DNA of 64,000 bases, taken from positions 1-64,000 of the forward strand of contig CDMY01000200.1 in assembly GCA_001179505.1 (NCBI GenBank). The letters are read 5' to 3'. Below, one piece after another: positions 50,701 through 61,492 of the stretch. The translations under genes and the position numbers were made by a program. Source of the DNA: Vitrella brassicaformis CCMP3155. Taxonomy: Eukaryota > Protista > Chromerida. A model generated the notes under the pieces. The model did not search any database and was not told the DNA's origin. It saw nothing but the letters and a program-made list of their open reading frames with translations. Numbering within the stretch: position 1 is the stretch's first letter; the number at the start of each line of letters is the position of its first letter.

Positions 50701-53620
50701 CACTCGTGGCGTGCTGTCTGTCTGTCTGGGTCTGCCTGGATCTGTATGCCTGTTGTGTTGTCTGCAGCCAATACGCCGACATATTGGCCAACTCTGGCCG
50801 CGTGACGGCCGCCATGAGATACCTACTGCTCGTGAGCAACGGCTCCCTCCGCCCACAATGCATCATCCACCCACCGTGTGTGTGTGTCTTCAGGTGGCTG
50901 ACGACGACAAGGGCGCCATCCTTCGGGACCGCATCTACAACGCCAATCCCCACGCCATGGTCGGCGTACCCGCCCCGCGGTTCCCCTTCGACCGATACGA
51001 CATGCGCCCCCTCTTCCCACAACACATGCAGCAGCAGCAGCAGCAGCAACAGCAACAACAGATGAACCACCACCCACCGGCAGGGGCCTATGGTGAGTGA
51101 GTCTGATTAAAGAGAAGAGTGTGGGACATTGTGGTGTGTGCCTTGCCTGCGGCAGGTCCCCCGGGCCATCGTCCGGGGTATCCGGGGATGCCGGGCGGTG
51201 CAGGTGGTGCGGGGATAGGCCCCCCGCCATCGCGATACGGGCCTCCGACGTCGCCCTCCTACCCACCAGGACCACCTCCCACCGGGGGCACGCCGACGGC
51301 AGCTCGTGGTGGTCCGTCGCCACGTCTCCCTCCGAGCAGCAGCATGCCCCCGCCCCCGCGCACCACTCCGTCCACTGGCCCCCCTCCCCCGCCGTCAGCA
51401 CAGCAGGCGCCACACATGCAGCCGCAACACGGGCCGCCCAAGGGGCCACAGCCTTATGGGGGCGGAGGCTCGCCGTCGTTCCCTGGTCAGTCCAGTCCAG
51501 TCGGGAAGAGAGAGAGATGTGGGACACAAAGACACATGACACGGGGGGGTCTTGTCATGTGTCTTTGTGTCAGGTGCGTATGGGGGTCCTCCTCCGTCAG
51601 CTGGTGCGCCTCCCAGCATATCGACGGCCATGGGGGCGGCGGGCGGCATGGGCCTGTCGCAGAGTGGCCTAGGTGGGCGAGGGGGGGNNNNNNNNNNNNN
51701 NNNNNNNNNNNNNNNNNNNNNNNNNNNNNNNNNNNNNNNNNNNNNNNNNNNNNNNNNNNNNNNNNNNNNNNNNNNNNNNNNNNNNNNNNNNNNNNNNNNN
51801 NNNNNNNNNNNNNNNNNNNNNNNNNNNNNNNNNNNNNNNNNNNNNNNNNNNNNNNNNNNNNNNNNNNNNNNNNNNNNNNNNNNNNNNNNNNNNNNNNNNN
51901 NNNNNNNNNNNNNNNNNNNNNNNNNNNNNNNNNNNNNNNNNNNNNNNNNNNNNNNNNNNNNNNNNNNNNNNNNNNNNNNNNNNNNNNGGGAGGGCAGGAG
52001 AGCGAGCGACACGTGTGTATGTGTATGTGTGTCGCGCTGTATGTGCAGGCACTGGCGGCATGTATCCCACCGGCCCATCGACACCCAAGCCACAAGCCGG
52101 TCCACCTGGAGCCATGAGGCCTCCAAGTAACCCAACCAACCAACCAGCACCCACCACCCCCTTCTCCCCTTGGTTCGTTCAGGTCTAGCAGCTGCGTTCC
52201 AGCCCACATCTGCACCACCCACCCCCGCACAGCCCATGATGGGCATGCAGTCGGGCATGGGCGGCATCGGCGGTGCCGGCGGCGCGTACGGACCCCCAGG
52301 GGCGGCACAGCAGCCGATCAGCTCACAGGCGGGGGCGTTGGGAGGAGGCGGGGTGGCCCCGCCGCCCATCTCTGCCGGGCCGAGCACTCACCCTGCTGGC
52401 GGCGCTGCGGGAGTGTCGGCGAGCGGTCTGCCGGTGTCGTGGCCTGTGCCCACTACCACACAGCAGGTGGGTGTGCGCTTTTCGTGGGAGAGGGGGGGCC
52501 ATGCCATGTGTGCTGTGGATGGATTGTGTTTGTGTTGCTTTGGTGTTGTTGTTGTGTTAAGTTGGGGTCTACCACGTCCACTACGGCTCATTTGAATCGG
52601 AGTCTTCACGCGACGGCTACAAGTAAGTTGGGAGGGAAAGGGGCCGGTCGCTGGGGTGCCCAGCTGGGGTTGTTCAAGGTTGTTCAATTCAATGATGGAG
52701 GAAAGTGTTAGATAGTATCTGAGCTGCTCCTCTGGTGCAGTGCACATGACATCCGAACACAAGATCCATGTCCTCTGAGATACACACAGACAGACAGTCT
52801 GACCACACATTCCCTGCATGACACACACACACACACACACACATCTGTGCTGTGTGGCATCCTCAAGCGTGAATGGGTGTGGCGTGTGTGTCTCGCTCTG
52901 TGTCGTGTGCGTGTGTGCAGGTCAGCCGCAGAGCACCCCCATGGCGCCGGGGCAGCTCGACCAAGTCAAATATGTGCTGGGGGGCCTCTTGCAGGTGAGT
53001 GCGAGGGCGGGGGAGTGAGCAACAGACAGACAGACAGACAGACAGCATCATGGCTGTGCACACGACGTCTCCCTCCCTGTCTGTCTTGCTTTGACTGCAT
53101 TCATTGATTTAGCATGAGGGCAACTCCAAGAAGAAAATGGACGTGCAGAAGAAACTCGAGGAACTCTACCAAAAGGTAGGTCTTCTCCCCACAGCAGCAG
53201 CACACCAGAGTCCATTATGGATCCGCCTGTGTGTGTGTGTGTGTGTGTGTGATGTGTCATTCATTGTGCTGCCTGCCTGCAGCTGAGCACGGGCAGCATT
53301 TCCCAGCCGGCACAGGACAAGGTGGTCTCTCTCACCAGAGGTACGTTCGTCCGTGCAGTCAGCCACGCTGACATACATCCTCAGTTACATGTGTGTGTTG
53401 GTCGATCGGTCAGCGATTGAGAGCCACGACTACGCGACGGCCAACAAAGTACACCTTGAACTCAGCAACTCCGAATGGGAACACAACAGAAACTGGTCAG
53501 CTAGACACACACACACACTCACACTCGAGCAGAACACGCGTGATGGCGCAATCTCTGTCTGTGTCCATAATGATGTATGCCAGGTTGATGGGCGTGAAGC
53601 GGTTGCTGCCGAGGGGCTGA
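46169..53620 (+). CDS. SEC31: COPII coat protein Sec31
   Basis: WD40 N-terminus (LAGGMEGGYVTLWNP, HKGSVTALEFNPF, VTTIWDLK, VWDLRNA, YAPRWFQRPAGVSFGFGGRL), ACE1 solenoid (ETLAILSTYA, LQDLVEKM, YADILANSG), Pro-rich region, and a C-terminal helical domain (KKMDVQKKLEELYQK...WLMGVKRLL). Confidence 0.95.
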
Positions 53621-54270
53621 ATAGGCGAGACTTTAGCTGCTCATCCGTCTACACTTTGATCAACCAACCAACATCCACACGCACACGCAGCCAGGCGACA
53701 CTCATCCATCTGTGTTGTGTGTCCGTCGGGGCGGGGCGGGGCCGGTCAGCGAGGTTTCTTTGTGATGATTGCACTCCCTACTTATATATATGTGTGTGTG
53801 TGTGGTTACCTGTTGCCATGATCTCACCCCCCGACCAACCCAGCCCACCCATCCCACCTGCATAATTCATTGGGCGAGCAGCAATTCATGACGACGAGGG
53901 TGGGCAGGCAGGCAGGCAGGCAGGCGAAACAAGTGCATGGTGTCTGCCTAATTCGCGTTTTAAGCTGTCGCTCACTCCCTGACTTACCCTGATCACTGCC
54001 TTTCCTTCCTGGCTCTCCGCCACTGACCCACTGACTGACCCATCCTTCGTCGGGACATAACATGCATCAACACGGGACCTTGACCTTGGTGTGCGTGTGT
54101 GCATGCGCGGTGCCGTCTGGACTCTGGGGCCGTCACATCTCTTCATGGCCATCATGGATAACAAACACGGTATTTAAGCGGTGCACAAGTGCTCCACGAT
54201 CATCGGCCGTTTGACGGCCGTTTGGGCCCGCCCCTCCGGTCGTCCATCATCCCGATAAGAACTTGAAGCG

Positions 54271-55992
54271 ATGCAGGCCCCCCCGATGAATGTCCCTCCG
54301 ATGAATGTCCCTCCCCCCCGCTGGACCACCACCTACTCGTACGACCCCCTGGTCTCCAATGCCCGCCTCCTCGCGGATGCCAGCCTTCTCGAGGAGGACG
54401 GGCGCGCCCTCACCGCACTCACACAGGGGACACAGAGCGAGGTGCCGCTCCCCATCGCCTCCCGGCTCCTCACAGGCCCGGGGCAGGCAGTCTCCCCGCC
54501 GCCCTTCCTGCAGATGGAGCCCGACATGAGTGTGCGGGACCACCAGCTCAGCATCGACTGCCTGTTCGCACACATGAACTCGGTCAGTCAGAGTGAATGC
54601 CAGGGGGGGAGGGGACGACACATGAGTGGTTGTGGTCTCGTTGGTTGGTTGCAGCGTGTTCGCGCGAAGCTGGTGGACTCGAGCGACCCGGAGGAGGTGA
54701 ATGTGCCGCGGGAGGTGGTGGACTTCCTCTGCGAGTACTACCCGGAGCACCTCCACGGATGGGCCAACATATGGCTCGGACGTCAGGGAACCCACAAGCC
54801 GCCACAACAAATACATGAACATAGAGACAGAGACGGTTGACCTCTGTGTGTGTGTATGCGTGTGCATGCATTCAGAGCGTGATTTGATGCAGGAGAGGCA
54901 GTTGGTGGGAGAGTTCTTCCAGCACTACAAGGTGGGCGAGGGCGTCGCCGAGCAATTCGTCAAGGCAGGATTCGACACGGTGAGACACCGATCCAGCGAC
55001 GAAGTATTCCGCCACCCATGGCATGGCATGCGTGGCTTCATTCATTAGCTGGAGACGCTTGTGACGATGACTCCCGAGCAGCTGGACCTCATCGAGGAGT
55101 ACAACCAGCTCAGCTGGCTCCCGGGTCACAAAGTCCGGCTGGAGGTAAGCGAAGCGCACAAAGGTGCCGTCCCCTTCCTTCTTGTGCATGAGCTCCTTCC
55201 TGCATGTCCGTCCATTGCTGCTGCCGCTTGCCTTGGTCAGAATATGTTCACCGATATCGACGCCAAGGTCCGCTCCTTCCGCAAAGTGAGTGAGTCAGCC
55301 AGGTCAAGCCAAGAATCCAATGACAGAGAGAACAACCCCCCGCCCCCACATGTGCCCCCACCTCCGCGTGTGTCTGCGCCGCATCAGGATCGTGAGATTT
55401 TGGCTCGCCGCATCCGCATGGCCCCTGCGCTGGTGCCTCACCTGCGGAGCCCCTACGGCCACATGGAAGAGGTGCCCGTCAACATGGGCACCACACCACA
55501 AGGCATCGTCCAATCTGAAGTAGGCAGGCTTTGGAAGAAACAGACACAAAAAGAGAACATCTTCGTCCCCTTATGCGGCGTGGCCCGCCTCAGCGTGAGT
55601 TGAGGGCTGCCGACGCGGCCGCTGCAGTTGCGAGTGCAGGTCAGGGTGAGACATGGCAGGACATGGACCAGCAGAGCCGCGACAGCCGCAGGGTGCGGTG
55701 CGCACGCACATCTGTGGTGGTGGTGTCTTGAGAGGAGATTTGCACCAACGACCATCTTGTGTGTGCATATGTCGTCAGATGGGTACCGATTCGGGAGGGT
55801 CTGGCGGGGCTGGGGCCACTGGAGGTCAGCCAGCAGCCAAAGCCACTGATTAGGCACTTGGACGCATCGCACGCACAATTGTCTGTCTGCCTGCCTGTCT
55901 GTCCGTCAGGTCCTCCTATGCCCCAGAACCTCACCTCTCCACCACAGCCTTCACCTCGCACACAGGCACCTGCTGCTGCAGCTGCAGCGTAG
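54271..55992 (+). CDS. Hypothetical protein with a SAM-like domain
   Basis: Spliced segment VGEFFQHYKVGEGVAEQFVKAGFDT|LETLVTMTPEQLDLIEEYNQLSWLPGHKVRLE fits the SAM pattern (F..AGFDTL..L..MT..L...PGH..RL). Exon phases are consistent. The 3' exons are less certain. Confidence 0.6.
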
Positions 55993-56778
55993 GCCACGCC
56001 ACGCACTCACCAAAGCATGCATGACACCTGCTCTGCTCTGCCCATGTATGTCTCCCTCCCTTTTGTGATGACAGGGCGGGCGGGCTGGCCGCGACGTCAT
56101 CCATGCCTGCCTTCTCATCCCCTGCCACAGAGGAGCAAGACCAACAGGACGACTGACCGAGCCATCGGAGGGGAAGGATGGATATGGCTGCATGAGAGTG
56201 CACATGGTGTGGGTATGGCAGTGGGAGGGAGGGAGGGAGGGAGGGAGGGGACCCGGTTTCCGTGTACATGCAGTGCAGCTGTGAAATGAAGTCGGGTTTT
56301 CGATTCCCCAACAAGGCGGCGCGTTCACATGAGAAGGTGGAGGAGTCTCTAGTCAGACACGACACTTGCACCCAACCAAAAAAGAGCAAAAGAATGGACC
56401 CTCCCGCTCCCCTTCCTCCCCTCTCCCGCTGGTCAGCGAGCAAAACTACGGCGGTCACAAAATCACACAAGGCGGCCTGTGCGCTCCGTGCGCTGCTGCG
56501 TTGGTGTCTGAGGGGCCTCGAGTGACAGCTGCATATTCTCTCCGCTGGCCTTGGGGCTGTCCTGGAGTTCAGGCGTGGGCATCGGCCGCACACAACAAGG
56601 CGAGCAATTGCCAAACCATCTCTCCCACCATCTACACAACACAGACAAGCAAAGCCCATCGATCATGCCATTGCGCTCCCCGAGGCACACACAACAGATG
56701 CACGGCACGCAAACAGAGCAAATCGGTCCGTCTAGTAGAAAGATAAGCGCTACCCAGCCTCCTGCCTAGCATAATTTA

Positions 56779-59700
56779 TCAGAGCTTGGCGGCATGCGCC
56801 TCCTCCTCCTTCTTCCCACTCATGCCACCCTCAGTCGCTGCCTGCCCATCCGTCGCCTCCTCCCCGCCTGTCCCCCCCGTCGTCCCCTTGCCGTCTCCTT
56901 CCTTCCCTGTCTTGCCCTCTCTGCTGTCTTTGTTCTCATAGATGGAGAGCAGCATGCTGACGCTGCCGAGAATGTACCCCCACGAAGGCGCCCCTCCCAT
57001 GCCCAGCACAAGTGGTGGCCTCTCTGCTCTTCTCAGTGTGAGGGGTGCGTCTACTGACGTGGGTTGGCGGGGCGCAGGCGGCAGCAGCGGCTGCGTCACG
57101 TCGTCGCTCGTCCCAAACATGATGTCCATCGGGTCCACCGAAGTCGACACGCCTCTCCCTCGGGCGGCGTATGGCGGCAGAGTCTGGATGGGGTCCGTCT
57201 GGCTTGTGGCGTCGCGGAATTCTCTGCAAGGGAGGGAGGGGGAGAGGGAGAGGGAGAGGGAGGGGATCAGAGGGGGGCGGTGCACAGACAGATGGGTGCC
57301 GTGTCTCACCTCTGTATCTTGCCGACGTGCTGGTGCAGCTCCTCAACTCCCTGAAGTGAGCACGAGAATTGTCAGCAATATCAGTCTAGGTTTCGCGTGT
57401 CCAGCCTACCCCTGCAGCCGAAATGATGGATGCTCTCTTAACCGCTTCGCCAGGTGGCGACACCATGATCGGCGGCATGGTCACCGTGCGTCCGCTTGGC
57501 CGCTGGTAGAGCACCGACTCGCTGCCTCTCTGCACCGTGCGGCCCTCTGCCATGAGTATCTGCGACATGCTGCTGGCTTTGGCCCGCGGAGGAGAGGGCG
57601 GACGGGCCACCATGGGAGGCTTAAGCGACTGATGCCATGAAGAGAGGGGCAGCACACACATATACATCGACACACAGGAGGCTCCCATGCTGTCTGTCTG
57701 TCTGTCTGTCTGTGGTTACCTCCCATCTCGTGACAAGTCGGTCGTTGGTATGCTTGAGGCGCGCATTCTCCTCTTCGAGTGCTGCAATCTGCCGCTTCAA
57801 ATCTAGCTCGCCTCTCACCGCTGATGACGGCGGAGGAGTCGAGGCCGCACGGGTCTTGCGCCGAAGCTGCTCGTCCAGCTCAGGGCCAGGAGGCGCCAAC
57901 ACGTCAGCCTGACACACACAGACAACAAAGGCACGGCTATCTGTATCGCTCACGCCACGACACACGTGGGCGCTCACCGCCTTCTTCTTCTCCTTCTCCA
58001 GCTCCGTCTTCAAATGTAGCATTTCCTCCTCCATCTTCTCATGCATGTGCTGCAGCCGCAGCTTGGCCAGCTGCAGCTGCGCCACCGACGGCGAGGGCAG
58101 GTTCTGCCCGTAGCTGCTGCGTCTCTCCCGCCCCATGGTCGACTCGAGGGGACTCATGAGAGTCTGGCCGTGAGGTGACGACGAGCGGCGCTGGTAGTAC
58201 AGGAAAGAGTCGTCCAGAGCGCCGGTGAGGAGGAAGGGCGATCGGAGGGCCGACTGCTTGCTGGACGCGTCGGATCTGTCGAGGCCCTGGTCGTTGGCCT
58301 GGAGCTGGCCCAGGTTGAGTTTGGGAACGGCCACGCCAGACAATTCTTTGGTGACCTGGACCGTCGGTGGCGCCTCTGGCAAGAAGAGACACGTATTAGG
58401 GACATGGTGGAGCCATCTGGTGAGTACCTTGCTGCTTCTGCTGCTCGATCTGTGCCCGGAGGTCTTCAATCTCGTCTAGCAGGTCATCCACCTCTTGTTT
58501 CAGCTCGTCATTCTCCTCTCCCAAGTCCTGAATGAACGAACCGAGAGACACGAGACACGTGATGTGATGCACACTCCCCTTCCATATGTGCGGTGCATGG
58601 TTACTTACTTTGCAGTTTTCTCTGAGTATCTCGCATTCGTCTTCGATGGCCACCTGGCTGCGACTGCCCAATCTGGACTGCGGCGACGCATCATCCCATT
58701 TGGAACGGAACTTGAGCTCTTTGGCAAGATTCATGTCGGCCTCCTTCACCTGACACACAAACACAAAACGATGAAGCACCGCATTGAGATGCTGTCCTTT
58801 GTTTCTTTTCTGCCTTGTTTTGTATCCCCACGTCGGATTTCTTGGAGACGAGTTGCAGCTGGTGTGTGGACTGCTGGCTGAATCGATCTCTGCGTGACGC
58901 CTCGAGCAGGCTCTGAAGCTCCTCCTTCTCCTCCGTCAGGTGGGTGACTTGTGTCTCGAGGGCCTCGCACTTCTTCTCAAGGGCCAGCACGGTTGAGTTC
59001 AGCGCCTTCATCTTCAACTCCCTGACAAACAACAAAGACTCACTTCACGATGTCGCTGTGCTCTTGGTTTGCCGTGTGTCTCTCTCTATATGTGTTCTCC
59101 CTACAGGACTTGGGTGTCGGGTCCTCTGGCCGTTCTGGGGGTCTGTATGCGTCCAGCTGCGGCCTGCTGCTGCTCCTGCTGTTGCTTCTCGAGTAGTGCC
59201 TGCTGTTGCTGCTCCTCCTTGGCGGCCTTCTTTTCTTCCTTCTCCTTCGTCTTGACCTCCTGCTTTACCTCCTGCAGGCTCCGCTTGAGTGCCGCCTTCT
59301 CCTCTCTCACAACCTCCAGCTCCTGATGCCAGTCATTGACGCGCCAGCAACGAATCAATGAGGGATAACCAGCAACGAATCAGTGAGGGACAAGACGAAA
59401 GTGTCAATGGGTCACTGTCGGTCACCTTTTGTGCTTCTTCGAGGAGAGTCAGGTTCTTTTCGCTTTCGGCCTGGTGTGCCTCTTGTGCAGTGCGGTGCAG
59501 CTCCAGCTGCTTCCGCAACACTGTGATCTCCTCAACCATCTCGTCCCATTCAGCAGCTATGTCTTCATCCAGGTCCTGTGACACACACACACACACACGT
59601 GTGACAACGGGAGAATGGATGTTTTCCGGTCTGCATGTCGTGGTGCACCTGTCGTTTCTTGAGGATCTCGCCGGCTCCCCTCCGATTCAGCATGTCGATT

Positions 59701-61094
59701 TCGTTGTCCTTGGCCTGCAACTCCCCCTCCATGTCCTCGACCATGTGCTCAAGGTAAGACACCTATCACGCAGACGCACACGCAAAGTTGCAGTACATTC
59801 GTCTCTTCACCTTGGTTGCATGGTGACTGAGTGGTTAGCGCCCACCTGGCGTCTGAGTTCTTCCATGTTGGTCACTTGGCGAGGTGAGATCATCTCCGGG
59901 TCCTGCTCTCCCTCACCTGACGACGGCTCACCCTCCACTCGTGGCGTGAGTCTTTCCTCCACTTGTTGAAGTCTGAACTCCTCCAGCGCCTTCATTCCCC
60001 GAGCCTTCTGACCCTCACCAGGCCCGGACATGAAGGCAATCGACCCGCGACGCATCTGCTGCTCCGCTCGCTCGTCGGAGGTCTGAGAGAGGGTGGAAAC
60101 GTGGGGGCATCTTATGGACCGGGACACATGCTTTTTCTGTCTTACCGCTGATGAAGGTGTGTCTGCTTCTTTGTCTCCGGATTGGGGCGGTGTGACGGAC
60201 GAGCCCTTGGAGAGAGGCGGCAAGGGGGGCAGTGGAGTCATTCTGGATGTGCGACGAGAACGAGCGCCGGTGAAGGTGGCGGTCACAGTCGAGAACTGAA
60301 CAGAAAGACAGCAAGAGAGCACAAACTCTCCGCTCAATCCGCAGTCTTAATGGTCTCCCCTCACTTTGCGTTCGCCGTGCTCTGGGATGGTCCCGACCCC
60401 CAGTGCGGCGATGTTGGGCGACTGAGAGACACGACGGGAAGCGGCTGATCCGATGGTTGATCTCAGCGTCCCAGGCGGTTTCGGTGGCTGTCGGCAAGTC
60501 AACAGGACATGTACCCATTCTGACTGACATGTCAGTCTCTGATCGTGAGACGCTTACTCGGCTTGAAGGGGATGCCTCTTCTTCAGTCGAAGTCGAATGC
60601 GGCGCCATCACTGACCCAGTGGCCGGCCCGGTGGCCTTTTTCACTCGCCCCTTACCCCGGAGCAGCGAATTCAGGTAGCTGGCCGACGTGATGCCCCGAA
60701 CGGACTGCTGCAGCTTCTCCCGGGGCGTGATCGGACGCGGCTTCCCCGTCTCTTCCTGAGGCACCGTAAGCTGCCCCACACGTGATTGCTGCTCCCGAAG
60801 CCTCTGTGTCCGCTCTCGTCTGAGTTTCTGCGTGACAACAGGCAATGCGTTGTGGGTTTGTCTGTCTGTATCTCAGGTCCCCTACCTCGACGCGCTCGCG
60901 TCTCTCGTTGCGTGGGGCGTCATTGGCGGGGCTGTGGGCGCTGGTGCGAGAGGCGTTGAGGGAGGCGGCGGCCGACTCTTCCTCTTTCAGCTTCAGCTTG
61001 AGGACGGGCACCTGAGAGAAAGACGTTAAGCGCATCGCGCAAGAGAATGGCAGGCAAAGTCCGCTATGCGCACCTGAGGGGGTGGTGTAGACAT
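56779..61094 (-). CDS. Large multi-exon coiled-coil protein of unknown function
   Basis: Start MSTPPPQ|VPVLKLKLKEE. Successive GT-AG exons are rich in E/K/L/Q heptads (YLEHMVEDMEGELQAKDNEIDML; ELKMKALNSTVLALEKKCEALE; DLGEENDELKQEVDDLLDEIEDLR) and end EEEAHAAKL*. Confidence 0.75.
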
Positions 61095-61240
61095 GGTGGC
61101 TGGTGGGGGAGTTGCTTTGTTGCTCGCGGGTGGGGGCTTCACCCACAGGGCCTCAGCAGCACCTCCAGGATACAAAGATACAGGATTCCCTTCGGAAAGG
61201 GCGGGGGGACTCGGAGGAGAGGGAAAAGTCGCGACGAGAC

Positions 61241-61278
61241 AACCCTATAGGGTTAGGGTTGACGGGTTTCGGGGTTAG
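61241..61278. promoter_or_regulatory. Telomere-like palindrome and degenerate repeats about 150 bp upstream of the coiled-coil gene
   Basis: Perfect 14-bp palindrome aaccctatagggtt followed by agggtt, acgggttt and ggggttag. Confidence 0.4.
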
Positions 61279-61492
61279 AAGCAGGCGGGCCGGTGTGTAT
61301 GGGCCTCCGACGCGTACGCACATGGCACAAATATTGCTGTCTGTCTTTCCACATGGTCACACGCCTCCCTGACTCAAAGCGACCGCTGATCGTCATGCAA
61401 CACGAGAAGGAACAACAACGAAAAACTGCATCTGAACTCACACGGACACATCTGCACATCAGCTGGCGGATAGCCCATTGATCAGTCTCCCA

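Noticed and set aside
55931-56710. Minus-strand ORFs downstream of the coiled-coil gene
   Set aside because: No recognisable motifs, several frames are equally open, and the sequence is compatible with 3' UTRs of two convergent genes.
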